DNA of 61,295 nt, filler included, from Hausera hauseri (taxonomy: Eukaryota): NCBI GenBank assembly GCA_046269625.1. It is 13 parts of 13 records of this genome, joined end to end, with 100 filler letters (N's around TTAATTAATTAA, not from the genome) between each part and the next. Parts side by side here need not be neighbours in the genome. Positions count along the whole stretch, not along the records: positions 9,521 to 13,599 come from JBJURY010775202.1; positions 13,700 to 17,649 come from JBJURY010864075.1; positions 17,750 to 22,375 come from JBJURY010498352.1; positions 22,476 to 26,885 come from JBJURY010595000.1; 9 more parts are not named here. One strand, written 5' to 3'. The notes below the pieces were generated by a model. The model did no database searches. It had not been told where the DNA came from and saw only the letters and a program-made list of their open reading frames with translations. Below, piece by piece: positions 12,506 through 25,400 of the stretch (within the stretch, counting starts at the first letter, position 1; the number at the start of each line of letters is the position of its first letter). The position numbers were made by a program, and so were the translations under genes.

Positions 12506-13552
12506 TTATCGACGACGACGAAAATGTAGCATAAAATGTGTCTTGGGTCCAAACAGAATAAAGTTCGTCTACTATATACACGAAAATACTGTGCACAACA
12601 TTGTGAGGCAACAATAAATACATGGGCCGGTTGACATTTACGTGAGCAGTTTCGCCCAGTGTTTTGTACATAAACAAATCCAGTTTAATAAAAGCCAATA
12701 GTTGTTTACGGCCTCCGCCAACATATACGGTTTAAGTTAGATCCGTTGAAATATTAATTCGATGAAATGCTTCATACAGACGTGGTTTGTGTTTAGTAAC
12801 ATTGGGCGGTCCGCCGCCGGTTTGACCGAATTCTCGTTTCTGAAAACCCAAATTCCGTGCCAATAGTTCAGCAAAGACAAAATATGTAACATTATCATGT
12901 AGTGTAGACGAAATACAACCGTCAGAGTTTAACTCAGATGTCTTGAGAGCCAATTTAACTACAAACTTGATGGTTGTGAACAATTCTTTTTCTGTTTTTG
13001 TAAGAAAATCAGTTTCTTTTGTATGCGAGTAAAAGAATGATTCAGTATTTTGCCAGTTCACTGTAATATTGGTGGTTTCTTTTTTGAAAAGTTCAATTTT
13101 TCACTAATTGTACTCTGTCTACCGAGATGTAGATCTTTCGAGCGTACATTGGCAGATGATTGAAAACCCCATGCCTGTGCGCCGTCTGGTGATCTACATT
13201 GCAATTCAATCGAATGTTTGTGTTTTAGCACCAATTGATTGTTTAAATGAAAAATATAAACCGGGAAATATTGCCGCTTGTAATTGAGAACGTGAAATAT
13301 TCCATTAGAGTCTCGGACTAACTGCAAACGACTGGATGCAGGAGATTGTTTTACTAGAGTATAGTAAATTCCAGTGTCCGCATGAATTGTTATTGGTGAA
13401 AATTTAAACGTGAATTCCGCCAAAGCCACTTCCCAGGCTCCTTGGCGTAAATCCAGCGGCCAGTCCAACGCCATAGTAAAACGTTCAGCGGTATTGTTGT
13501 TATTGTCATGTTCTGATAATCTGTTACCATCAAGTACCAAATAAATGCTCAT
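12506..13552 (-). pseudogene. Polinton minor capsid protein (penton/PX), paralog 1
   Basis: N-terminus MSIYLVLDGN..NNTAERFTMALDWPLDLRQGAWEVALAEF; C-terminus VYVGGGRKQLLAFI..RPMYLLL..LHFRRRR. Confidence 0.82.
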
Positions 13553-13599
13553 CACTCAATCTGCGATGCAAATATCCAACTCCGTTTAGTGTATCCGTG
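13552..13599 (-). pseudogene. C-terminus (chromodomain-like end) of a Polinton integrase
   Basis: HGYTKRSWIFASQIE* aligns with KWHGYTAPSLIFPSQIQ* at 39454. Confidence 0.75.
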
Positions 13600-14676
13600 N
13601 NNNNNNNNNNNNNNNNNNNNNNNNNNNNNNNNNNNNNNNNNNNTTAATTAATTAANNNNNNNNNNNNNNNNNNNNNNNNNNNNNNNNNNNNNNNNNNNNA
13701 AAAAATGTGAAAATCAGGTCTAAAAATGGATAATTCAGAGAAAATTAGAATTAACAATCAATTCTGTGTAAAACTTGTTGATACTCGTGGTGATAGACAA
13801 CAGGAAACTTAAAACCTGTAAATGTCAATGAATGCCTTGCAGCAACAACATTTCACCGCCAAGACTCCACATCAAAGCGGTGCTGCTGCTGTAAAAGGCT
13901 ACAAGTAATACTTCATTAATAATTCCACTTGATTTCTTTTGGATTCTCGAGCTCAAGATCAAAAGTGTGTTTTACTTTGTTTGCAGCTGGCAGGAGAGGA
14001 AATCCCCATTCTCATCATCTCTCCGCCTTAAATGACAGGCGGGCTGCGGATGGCCAATCCCCTCTCGACTTTGTTGTATTTATTTGAAATTTAACCATAA
14101 ACTGAAATGGACACACTTTATGTAGATGACAAAAAGTTGATCCAGAACACAAACATTTGGGGGAAGCTTCAGGACTAAAGATGGGGTTCATAAACTTTTG
14201 TGTTAACAAAGGACATCACTATCTTGCTGAAAAGTCAGAGAACATAAGATCCCACATCCCATAAATACCGGTACAAACAGCTTTTGTGTCCATGAACTCA
14301 CTCCTCGAATGTATTTTACTTTTACTGCCCTTCATTTCCTGAAAGAGGCCATGTTACGACTTTTGGGTTTTCCTTTTCAGTGTATTACATAGCTTTTTCT
14401 GGAAAAGACTGTTTAGTTTCAAAGCTCAATGTTGGTGAGTGCTACTTTTAGCACATGCTCCACAAGCGAAATCTGCTCTAAGTAAAGAAATAAATGTAGA
14501 TCTGGCGGGGAGGCATGAAAAGACGAGCGGCTCGAGGTGGATTTTATCGTTTTTTATCGCGAGGCCACGGTCATAGTAACTGAAATCCGTCGTGCGGATG
14601 AAGAACTGAAGCCTCGTGGTTTTGGCTCCTGCAAGTCCAAGACTTCTGATGGTCTCCTGTGGTTTTTCTTTGACAG

Positions 14677-14751
14677 GAAGCTCTGAAGCTTCAGCAGGAC
14701 ATGAGGAGGAAGAAGCAGGAAATACTGGAGAAGCACATGGAGACGCAGAAG
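14677..14751 (+). CDS. RBM26: Internal exon of RBM26-like RNA-binding protein (vertebrate-like)
   Basis: tttctttgacag|GAAGCT...CAGAAG|gtgaga. The 75-bp exon encodes EALKLQQDMRRKKQEILEKHMETQK, close to the recalled human RBM26 EALKLQQDVRKRKQEILEKHIETQK. Confidence 0.85.
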
Positions 14752-16199
14752 GTGAGAAGAGTCTTTCATTTTCCTGAGAAGAAGTTTGAATCCAGCTTCT
14801 TTAGTTTAGGAGAACTTGGACTGTTTTAAAGTCTGAAGCTCAAACTCATCAGAAGAGTCGATTAGTCCAACAGAAACTTGTGAATGTTGGACGTTTTGTC
14901 TCCAGATGTCCAAACTGTCCCTTTATGACATCATGGACATGAAAGAACTTATGGGACATGTTTGTATTTATGTAAAAACCTGGTGATAAAATGTTTTTCC
15001 ACTATTTTATTTAATCTGTTTAGTGGTTTGTTAGCTTCCATGTTCCAAGTTGCCACAGACTCCAATCACATGACTGCTTCCTGCCTGCTGATTGGCTCAG
15101 CTGCTGCAGACAATAAGAAAAAAGTAGTGCCACAACTCTGATATTCTTACAGAAAAGGGGAAAGAGTAAATGGGTTCCCGGTTCTGGATAACTTCCAAAC
15201 AATCTCATGTTTTTAATAAGTGCAGAAAACAGGAGGCTTTTCAGCTTCCTGCCGTCGTCAGCTTGTTACAGATCAGACAAACAATGAGTCGATATAAAGA
15301 GGTTAAAGAACATCTGAGCCAATCACAAACAGGTTGAGTAATCAGCCCAAAAGAGGAGAATCTGTGACTAACAAGCACAACTAGTAACAAACTACAATAA
15401 TATACAACATATAGGAATACTTGGAATTACAATTAAGTTACAAAAAATGACAAAAACCACAGAAAGCAGTTCAAACCAATTACTCATGAAGTCTTTAGTG
15501 TTAACTGTCTGTAAAGTGTGGATCCAGAATGTTTCCTTTGTAGCAGAAGTTTATCTCCATCAGCTCCTCTTTAGAGAGCAGCAACAACTTCTACAGCTGA
15601 AATTTCAAGGAGCAAATCTCATGAGCAGCTGTCATCAAATGTCTGCCAACAGGAAGTCTCTCATCTTTAGGACCAACTTTGCTTTTATGTTCTGAAAAGC
15701 TGTTTTTAATTCTCTTGTAGTTTTGCCTACATAGAGCAGGCCACAAGGACGTTTCAATAAATACACAACATGTTTAGTTCAACAAGTGATTCTGTGTGAA
15801 ACAGAACTTTGTGCCTGTATGAGGATGTAGAAACACATTCTCTTTAATCACAGCACCACACTGAGCACAGCTACAACAAGGAGCTTTACCACCAGCTGAC
15901 TGAGGCAAACAATGAGGAAGAGGGCTTTAGCAGTCTGCTGCAACTAAGAAGTCCCCATAAACTTCTCCAAGATCAATTCCATCTCACCAGCAAAGTCCAG
16001 GGACCAGAGCCGGCCCGCGACCCTAAGAGCTGCTTGCAGACAGAGTTCCAGCTCACACAGAGTGAGTCTGAGTGCTGACAGAACGACAATCCTTCATATT
16101 TATCAGGCAGACAGGAAATGGCCTGAAGAACCACCGACGCTGTTTTGTAGACCACCAGGAGACCACCAAGACAATCTGTAGAAATCCACTGATCAGAAC

Positions 16200-16500
16200 T
16201 AGGGGTGTAAATCACCAGCTTTACCACGATACGATATTATATCGATTTGTTTGGATGACGATTTGATATTTCTCGATATCACAAAGTCTGTCACGATATG
16301 ATTTCGATTCAATTCAATTCCCAAGTCTGCGATCGATATAATGCGATATTATATGCCCAGCTAACACCAATGACTGTGTTAGATGGGCATATGATATTGA
16401 TCTACATCCAGCATATGATGACGATATAGATCGATATTTTCATTTTGCCTCGATATAACTGAATCATGAACCATTATATCGTTATATCAATATAGATCAA
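16200..16500. repeat. CGAT/ATCG-rich non-autonomous DNA-transposon-like remnant
   Basis: Starts taggggtgt.. and has dense cgatac/atcgat/gatatc iterations, like MITE-type repeats common in fish genomes. Confidence 0.4.
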
Positions 16501-16899
16501 TGTATTGTTACACCGCCAGTCCACATATTTTTTTCCTGTTTCTGGATGATTTTTGTCACTGCCTGGCATGGTTTTGGGCCATTTTTCATGTTTCATTTGA
16601 ATGAAGACATTTATCAAAATTGTACCGTGTTTACAAGGATATTTTGTAAGATGCACAAAAAATACTGTTTAGGAAGAAGCATTACCTCTTCCGAGATGAC
16701 AGCGCCCCTGGTCTTCGTAAAGGTGTGGTACTATTCTCAGATATGTTTGCTGTGTTTGTATCCACTAAATGATCAAGGCTGTTGATGTCCATAAGAGTCA
16801 GTTGAACTAATAGTGGTACCATGTACTGCAAACAGAATTTAAAAAACAAATAAGTGGATTTCACAAAAGAAACAATACTGAGAACCACAATGCATGTAA

Positions 16900-17075
16900 A
16901 GTAAGTAAAGACCATTTCACGCCTAAAGGCAGGCATATAGGTAAATGTGGAGTTAGTGTCCACATTTTTTCCTCGACATCAGCACATGATTGGGTTATGT
17001 TGTCAGCATAACGCCAGGCCGCCTTAACTTTCCCAGAGAATTTCTACGGTAACCCATTTTTGAGGCTGGTTGGGT
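16900..17075. repeat. Interspersed SINE-like repeat; a second copy is at about 52040-52152
   Basis: Shared blocks gtaaag.ccatt..cctaaa.gca.gc.ta.agg..gtgga.ttagtgtccacatttt..ttatgttgtcagc.taa occur in two different contigs. Confidence 0.6.
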
Positions 17076-18739
17076 CGAAACATTCAATCAACAACAGAAT
17101 TGATGAACCCATGATCATGCGATCGCACAAGCGTGTGCACTAACAGCAACGCCACCAAGATTCTCCAAAACATCTTTGCAGTTTGATGTTCGATTAAAAC
17201 TTTTTAAGATTTTGGTGGTTTGGTTTTTGTAGACCTAGTTTTACGCTTTGAAAATCCGATCTATTTTTCATCGCGGCATGGTTTGTGTTCTAACAAAGAT
17301 GGCTCCTACCGCCAAGTGAAGTGTGTATATTACACAAAGACTGAATTTGGTAGATCAAACATGGAGGGTGGCACGTCCTTACAAACAGTGCTCGAAGCCC
17401 ACCCAGTCCTAAAACATAAAGTAACATGGCCTATTGGTTATGCTGAAGAAATAACTCAGCTATGTGCCGTTGGTAAAAGAAGAAGTCGACACTAACTCTA
17501 CATTCGACATATATAATGTCAATGTGAGAAGATGGAGAAGGTTAGACCTGAGTTCGCATAAAGAAATTGTTAGAAAGAAAGAGAGATTCTATGAAAAACA
17601 GAGAGGGATAGAGAGACATGCGCACAGATATTCAGACAGATAAATAGATNNNNNNNNNNNNNNNNNNNNNNNNNNNNNNNNNNNNNNNNNNNNTTAATTA
17701 ATTAANNNNNNNNNNNNNNNNNNNNNNNNNNNNNNNNNNNNNNNNNNNNTAAGAGTTGAGAGATAGAGAATTACATAGTGTGAAAGGAAGTGAGAAGAAA
17801 AGATAAAGCTGAGCTGGAGAGTTAGTTCACAATAATAGACGAGTGTAGGTGAGGTAGAGGATGCTAGGGAGGAAAGGAAAGAACATAACTGAAATAAAAA
17901 GTCAAAATAAAGGCACTTAGCTGATAAATTGAAAAACCCGTCCACTCCACGGTGAATATTTCCAGCAGGAAGGTCATTAAATAATCCATTTGATTCTAAA
18001 AACTGGTCTTTATTTTCAGCATATCAATCTCATTTCAAGTTTGTCAATTTCTCTTTTCCTTTGACGACATTAATCTTTTCCCCTAACATTTCCGTGTCTG
18101 TTCACTTGTTATAGTCTAAAATACTGTTTCTCTTAATATCCCTTTTCGGCTTCTTTTAATATCCTTTTAATGGTCTTTCGTTAATTCGTGAACACTTGAT
18201 TCGTTTTCCAAGCTATACTTCTTTGTTGACCTGACTTTTAGTTGACCATTCCTCTCACCTCTATGTCTCGTTTCTCGTTCGCCCCATAAATGCCTCCTCA
18301 TTTGCTTCTCTTTGTACATCCTCTTCCGGTAACAGTTTTGCTAGGTTACATCTTCTAAGCTTTTCCTGAATCGTTTGTTACTACAAAATGTTGTCGCCTT
18401 TAACCAAATTGTTTGTTGCACAGAAGTCTACACTTTCTCCCTTTTAGTTTATTATCGTAATTCTCTGTCTTTCTGTCTCTCTCACTCTCTGTATATCTGT
18501 CTGTATGTCTGTCTCTCTCAGATATACCGAAGAAATCGATGCCTCTTTTGTGGTTACTATAAACCACTTCAGAGGGTTGACTATGCTTCGCCCATCGGTC
18601 AACCTCATAAAGACATCTAGGTAATGCTGATGATCTGACACCCTTTGCTGAGGAACGTAAGAAGAAAAGACAAAAACCGACTCAACACAAATCTAATGTC
18701 GTTTAATAGCCTTTCAGCTCCACCCGCTGCTAGGTGTTA

Positions 18740-19320
18740 TAAATCCACACGGCCATGGGAGGTGTAGGAAGGTCTTGGTCAATTTTAGACAGTGCTGATG
18801 ATCCACCACCCAGATTCTATAGGTCGAGCCTCTTGTCTCTCAGATTTAGAAGAAGCGATATGCCTCTGATCCCATGCTCCCTACATCAGAAGATCTCGAT
18901 CACTACACGACAGTGATGATGATCCACCGCTCGGACCTCTTTCAACCTTGTCATATTCCTACAGCTTTTGAAGGTCTTGATCACTAAGGATCAAAGCTCC
19001 GATGCTCCCAAAATCAGGATGACGTCACAACGATCAAGACACCGGCAAATCACACGTCTTATTATAGAAACGCCGGCAGGTTTTTTCTTCTTTCCCTAAA
19101 GAAACGCCCCCAGAGTTTTTTTTTCTTCTTTGCACTATATTAACGCCACCAAGCTCCTCTGCTCCCATGCTCCCTTCATCGGAAGGTCTTGGGCGCTAAT
19201 AATCCACCGCTCGGCCCCTTTCAAAACTCCTACGTCAGAAGGTCTTGATCACTAAGGATCAAAGCTCCCATGCTCCCATCCTACAGAAGGCTCCACTGCT
19301 TACAGCTCAAAGCTCTCTAT
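18740..19320 (+). repeat. Degenerate short-unit tandem repeat cluster
   Basis: Recurring gaaggtcttgatcact, gatgatccaccgc, cccatgctccc, aaggatcaaagctcc and gaaacgcc..tttcttcttt units. Confidence 0.7.
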
Positions 19321-19599
19321 CGACCAGAAGAACCAACGCGCCCCCGCAGTATTTGTCCTATATAATCTTTATTAATATTCTGCCTATAAAATCTCTATTA
19401 AAATGCTTCCTAATTCTATAAACCCTAAATTATCTCCTCCTTCCCCTTTATTGTCTCCCCCTTAAAACCATAACGATTGTCTGCCCTTTAAAGATTATCT
19501 CCCCCTTACCAACCGCCATCGATCTTGCCTGCTGCAAGCTTGCAGAAGGTTTTTTGCTATATAAAAGTCAGCAGCAGGCCAAAGTATACCTGTTTTGTA

Positions 19600-20240
19600 C
19601 ATTACCTACTACTAACGACCACTAACCAACCAGATGTAAAGAATACATCAAAAAGATTGTTTACCGCTAAATTCAGCTACCTAAAACGTATGAAATTACA
19701 TTCATCGAGCGCTTTTAATCAAGAAAACGAAAAGGCGGTGGAACGGTCATACGAACTTGACATTTTTATTGCTAACAATGAGAAGCTTATGTGGAAACGC
19801 AGTGTACCCACGGGTGATCAAAGCTGCAGTTAGCATACTTATACCTATTTCTTCACTGTTTACGAGTCACGAGTTTCACCACCGTCATAAAAACAGAACA
19901 ATGCAGCCCTTTTGACGTAGAAAACGACCCCCTTTGTTCTTTGCCCAGTTTGAGACCTATCACACGCATATAATTAAGATAAAATAGTATCCGCTTTTAA
20001 ATTAGCATTTCTGTACGTTTTTTCTGTTTTGATTTTTTCACTGAGGTGTTTGATTGCGTTGTGAGATCGTTTTTATTTAAGCCTAAGCTTATGATATGAA
20101 ATTAATGTTCACGAAAAACCTTTCAAAATAATCAAATAATATTTACTTTAGTAGGGGAGAAAGGAAGGTGGTGTAAAGGCCTTGCCATAGATCAAATGGG
20201 GGGCATCAGCTGGACCTTTGTGAGAACGTCTGCTCTACAG
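19600..20240 (+). mobile_element. hAT (Charlie/Buster-like) transposon remnant
   Basis: NEKAVERSYELDIFIANNEK resembles NEKAxxASYxVAxxIAKxxKP. The 3' end gagaacgtctgctcta resembles Charlie-type termini. Confidence 0.4.
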
Positions 20241-21759
20241 GGATATGCTGGTAAGTCTTACCTAGTGTGATTTAATCTTGGTCTTGACCGAGGTCGCAGA
20301 ATTCGCAGCCCCGTCCTTTTATACCAGGAAGCTAATAACACGTGACAGTTATTGGAGTCTGAGAACGAATAATATTATGTATCACAGTTACAAATATGGA
20401 TATTTACTGACTGAGCAAGAGACTGCATCAAGATTAAGACATAGTGAAACAAAACAAAAATTATAATAAATTAAAAGAAAATTACTTGATACCATTTATT
20501 TAACCCTGATATAAGCCATCATCAGACTGCCGCCATAAGGCAATTATGGATTTTTAAATGTATAACGATGTATAAAATGGAATGTGCGCGTGCAAATTTG
20601 TGACGTTTCGGTCTTCCATAGACTATCATCAATACGGCGGTAACAGCCGTAGACGCCAGTATTTGCGTCATTTAAATATAACGAAAGTATTATTTCTATA
20701 TAATGTATAACTTAGTAAATTGTCTCAATTTGCATATATATTAATGAAGAGTTTTCAAAAGTACCTGAATTTTTCCAATCCATATCGACAAATTGCATGA
20801 TATTACAAAATCAGCATTAATATACAAATATTTCATTGATTTCCTTATTACTAATAGATGTATTGTATACTACATTTCATTTCATTAAATACATTTATTG
20901 TTTTATTGGAGACATACATTCCTATAATAAAAATTCGAACCGGGTCAGAATTTTTCATTATAGGATTGAATTATTCATAAGACGATTAACAAAGCCACTC
21001 AAAAGGTATAATAACTCCCATACATCAACGTTAGACAGAAAAACAAATAATGGAAGTTTCAGATTTCTGGAATTATATGGCGGCATTGTACTTAAAGTTT
21101 ACTGAAATCATCTGTATTTTTATGCTGATAACACTAGTTACAAAACTATATTTGTTATATTGATTTTCTATGACGATAAATTTCAAATTTGTATTAAATA
21201 TTTACAACTCAAATGAACCGTTTTGTTGAATCACAAATAATGGAAATAATAAAACATCAGTACAAATAATGCACACTAATAAAGAAAAAAAGGCTAAATT
21301 TATTTCAAATTAAATTTTAGGAATATAAAATTGACAACACATAATTAGAGTTAATTAGAAGCCGAATATTTCTTTATTCATTTCGATGATACTTGAATTT
21401 GTGGCCATCCTAGAAATGATAAAATAAATTGCCAAAACCTCAACTACTTGCTTGAAATATGTGTACCTTGTGCTGCAATGAATTTGTTTTTCTCCTTATA
21501 GCCCTGTGTGGAAGATAGAAAGACAAAGAAATGTAAAACTATTCTCACGATATGTATAACTTACTGTTAAACGACAAGTGTTTAAAGGATCCGCATCACA
21601 GCAGTAGACAGTATCATGTGCTTTAGGGCGGAGGCAGTTGGTATATCGTTCCTCAGCCGTGGCGAAAATGACTAGGCTTCGAAACACGCGGTAAAATGTG
21701 TTCTTAACACACGATTTGTCACGGAAATAAATAAATCAGCAAACCATAAAAAGAAATAC

Positions 21760-22088
21760 CTGTTCCTGCACCTGAGCCCCTGTTGTCCATAAGTGTGTAA
21801 AGGGGCAATCCAGGTCCTCGTGCAAACAAGATAGACATAAATTCGCAAAGACATTTCACACCAACATTAGCCGTCTTTGTGACGTCTAAAGTTTGATTAT
21901 TGTTCACAGATGTTTCCTGCATGGCTGAGTTATTGCTTGCCAACACATATAAAGCTAACTGACCATAGCAGTCCATCCGGTAGAAGGAGGCGTCAACGCT
22001 TAAGTAAGCTGAGTTGTACTGACACCTGTCTTCTTGTAAGCCACAGGTGAGGCACATGGGAGTTAAGGGGCTGCTTCCAAGCCTAATC
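21760..22088 (-). CDS. Two exons (22088-21964 and 21816-21760) of a FAP/DPP4-family prolyl dipeptidyl peptidase, vertebrate-like
   Basis: Phase-compatible ag/gt boundaries give IRLGSSPLTPMCLTCGLQEDRCQYNSAYLSVDASFYRMDCYG|PGLPLYTLMDNR, against DPP4 CLSCELNPERCQYYSVSFS..RCSG|PGLPLYTLH. Confidence 0.85.
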
Positions 22089-22475
22089 CTGATTTGAAAA
22101 AAAGAAGAAAATCTCATTTAAGTTATGTAAATAATATTCTACAAGAGTCTAATTAGCTCGTACAATAGTCTGTCTGTTTCAGTTTAACAAATAGAGTCTT
22201 CCATACTGGCAAAGATGTGTAAAAAACATTGTAGAGTGAGATGAAGAAAGGATCAAACAGTGTCTGGAATAAAAAATAAACTGGTTATCATTTACCTCAT
22301 ACTTAATTCTTACTTAAAGGCACTTAAACTAACTGCCAGGAGCTGATTATTAAAAAATGGCTTGCTTCATTTCTCNNNNNNNNNNNNNNNNNNNNNNNNN
22401 NNNNNNNNNNNNNNNNNNNTTAATTAATTAANNNNNNNNNNNNNNNNNNNNNNNNNNNNNNNNNNNNNNNNNNNN

Positions 22476-25400
22476 ATCATCCATGACGGTCAGACATGCC
22501 ACAGTATCATGGAAAAATATTTCAAATGGTCATTCAATGGCTTTCAATTCTACATATGCTCAATCTGTGAGGAGGTGAGCAGAGGAAGTTATTATGATTT
22601 CTATGATGGTCATAGACATCATATCAATATGTTCAAAACATCCAAGAAAGGAATATTCCAAAGATTTTTACCACAAATGGTGATTTTATTAATTCCCATT
22701 TACTAAATTAATTATATATTCAGATGTCAACTTTATCAAATGCTCCCAAACAGAACATTGAAAAATGTCAAATATATACATGTTGTGTATCAAGTGGATC
22801 ACATGATATCCAGAAATGCCATAAAAATGAGAAAATATTATGGTCTGATCTGGAACAGTGAATACTTTATATGCCCCGAATGGGAAACTGTCAGCACAGG
22901 TGAATACTGTAAGTTTTATGAATTTCATGAAATCCAATTACGCAATTTCATGGCTAAATCCAAAAAGGCCATATTCAAGATAGGCATTGTTCCAGTTATG
23001 CCTTGTACATCTGCAGCGCCTGCAGCATCAACCTCAATGCAGCACCCTTGATCGTCGGCGCAGAATAATGGATCCTCACAGCAGCGTAAACGAGGCGCAG
23101 TGGCAGCGAATGATGTATCGCGAAAAAGTCAACTGCAATGATCAGTTGATGTAGCTGCATTGAAGAACAAAGTGAGGCGATACTTCATAACAGCAATGGG
23201 ACAGATATCACTCCATGAATTCCTGGAATATTCAAAGGAGGAAGCAGCATGAATTCTCCAGGTCAACTTGTTGGAGATGAAGGACCTTAAGGTGAACTTC
23301 AAATTGGAAGCCACCTTCACCAATGTCGAAGGAGAACTGTCTAGTGGAGCCTTCAAGACAAAGAACAGGCCATTATTGAAATCCTCTAACATTAAGGACT
23401 TAATTACTGATGACTATGAAAGGCTCATCCGCGAAGCCGAAGAAAGCCACGACAAGAAGAGGGGTTGGACATTAGCAACAATAAAGGAGTTACTTGTGCA
23501 TGTGTACAAGTATTCTCCCATGAGAGACAGCTCCTACATACCGCTTCCTGATCGGATAGTTAAGAAAAAGGCATGCATCAATGTCCATAATAATGACAGC
23601 ATGTGTTTCATGTATTCTCTTTTGTCAAAACTAGTCCAGGATCAACATAATGTTTCCCGAGTTTGCATATATGACAAAGTGCAGTACTCATACGACTTCA
23701 GCTGTATTTCATTCCCGCAGAGTCTAGATGAAGTCGCAGAATTTGAAAGCGTAAACATCTCCATCAACATCATTGGATTGGAGGACAAATTTTATCCCTT
23801 ACATATGTGCAAGGAGGAATTGGAGGATCATAGGGATCTGCTGCTGCTAGATGATGGAGAAACGAGGCATTTCATCTGGATCAAGAATTTTGAGCACCTC
23901 GTAGGATCCCAAATATCTAAGCATAAATCAAGGCTGGAAATATGCAAAAGATGCTTTACCCATTTTAATGGAGACAGCCGCAGAAAAGATGTAGGAGCAC
24001 AATACCTACTGCGATACGAACTATTGCATCCGAGCAGAATTCCCCAAGGAGGATTACCTGGAATTCAAGGTGTCCGCGAAGATGCAGAAGGTGCTGATTG
24101 TCATATATTGTGACTGAGGCCATCCTCAGCCCAGTTCACAGTGCAGCCCCAATCTGCAACAAAGCAGTACTACAGCATACCAGTACCATGAAATATCATC
24201 ATACTGCATGTATGTCAAAGGACTGGACAAAGAACCCTACCTATACAGAGATCTAAATACAGCAGCACATTTTATGCAGCGTCTGGAACAGTATGCCCAC
24301 AAACCTGAAGACATGTTGCAGCAGCACAAGGGATACATGGTGATGTCGCAGCCAGAGAAATGTGAATAGCGCAAAGCAGCACTATGCAACCTATGCAAAA
24401 AGCCATTCACAATCACAAAGTCAGGGATCACTGCCATCTTACAGGCATATACCGAGGCGCAACGTGCAACAATTGCAACTTACTCTGCAAGACATGTAAA
24501 TATGTTCCCGTGGTATTCCACAATCTTAGTGGATATGATTTCCCCTTTTTGTTCCAGAATTGGGTAATATTGAGGGGAACATTGATGTAATTCCAAATAG
24601 TGAGAAGTACATCACCTTCACAAAGTATGTAGGTCGCATTAGACTTCGCTTCATTGATAGCTTCCGCTTCATGACCTCGTCACTACACAACCTCGTGAAG
24701 AACCTTAAAGCTGATGAGCTCAAGGAGACGAAGATGCTCTTCTCGTATACATTTGACCTGGTGAAGCAGAAAGGAGTGTCGCTATGACTATATAACGTCA
24801 TGGAAAGCACTGGATGAAGATGTATTACCGGCCAAAGAGGACTTCTATAATCAGTTGTCATACAATCATATTAGCCATGCTGACTATGAGCACATCCAAA
24901 GAGTATGACAGACTTTCCAGTGCAGGACAATAGGGGAATACAGTGATATCTATTTCCTCACAGATGTGCTGTTGCTTACAGATGTCTTGGAAAGATTCCG
25001 GGATGTAACTCTTAAGAGCCACATGTTAGATCCAGCCCATTTCTTTACAGCTCCAGGAATGAGCTGAACGGCGATGCTGCGCTATACCGGCATAAGGCTC
25101 CAGATCTTGAAGGATTACAATATGGTCCTCATGGTTGAGAGAAGCATCATGGGCGGAATCGGCCAGGTCATTCACATGTACAGTGAGGCCAACAACAAAT
25201 ACATGGTAAATTATGACCCATCCAAGGCATCCAGCTATATAAGATACCTGGATTCCAACAACCTGTATGGATGGGTAATGAGCAACCCATTGCCCTATGA
25301 TAACTTTCAATGTGTGGAGAAGCTGCAAGTCCTGGATTTGGAAGGTATGGATCCCGATGGAGATACGGGATACATACTGGAGGTGGACGTGGAATACCCT

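Noticed and set aside
18740-19320. CRISPR-like repeat-spacer array
   Set aside because: Units are degenerate and irregularly spaced, there are no cas genes, and the context is eukaryotic.
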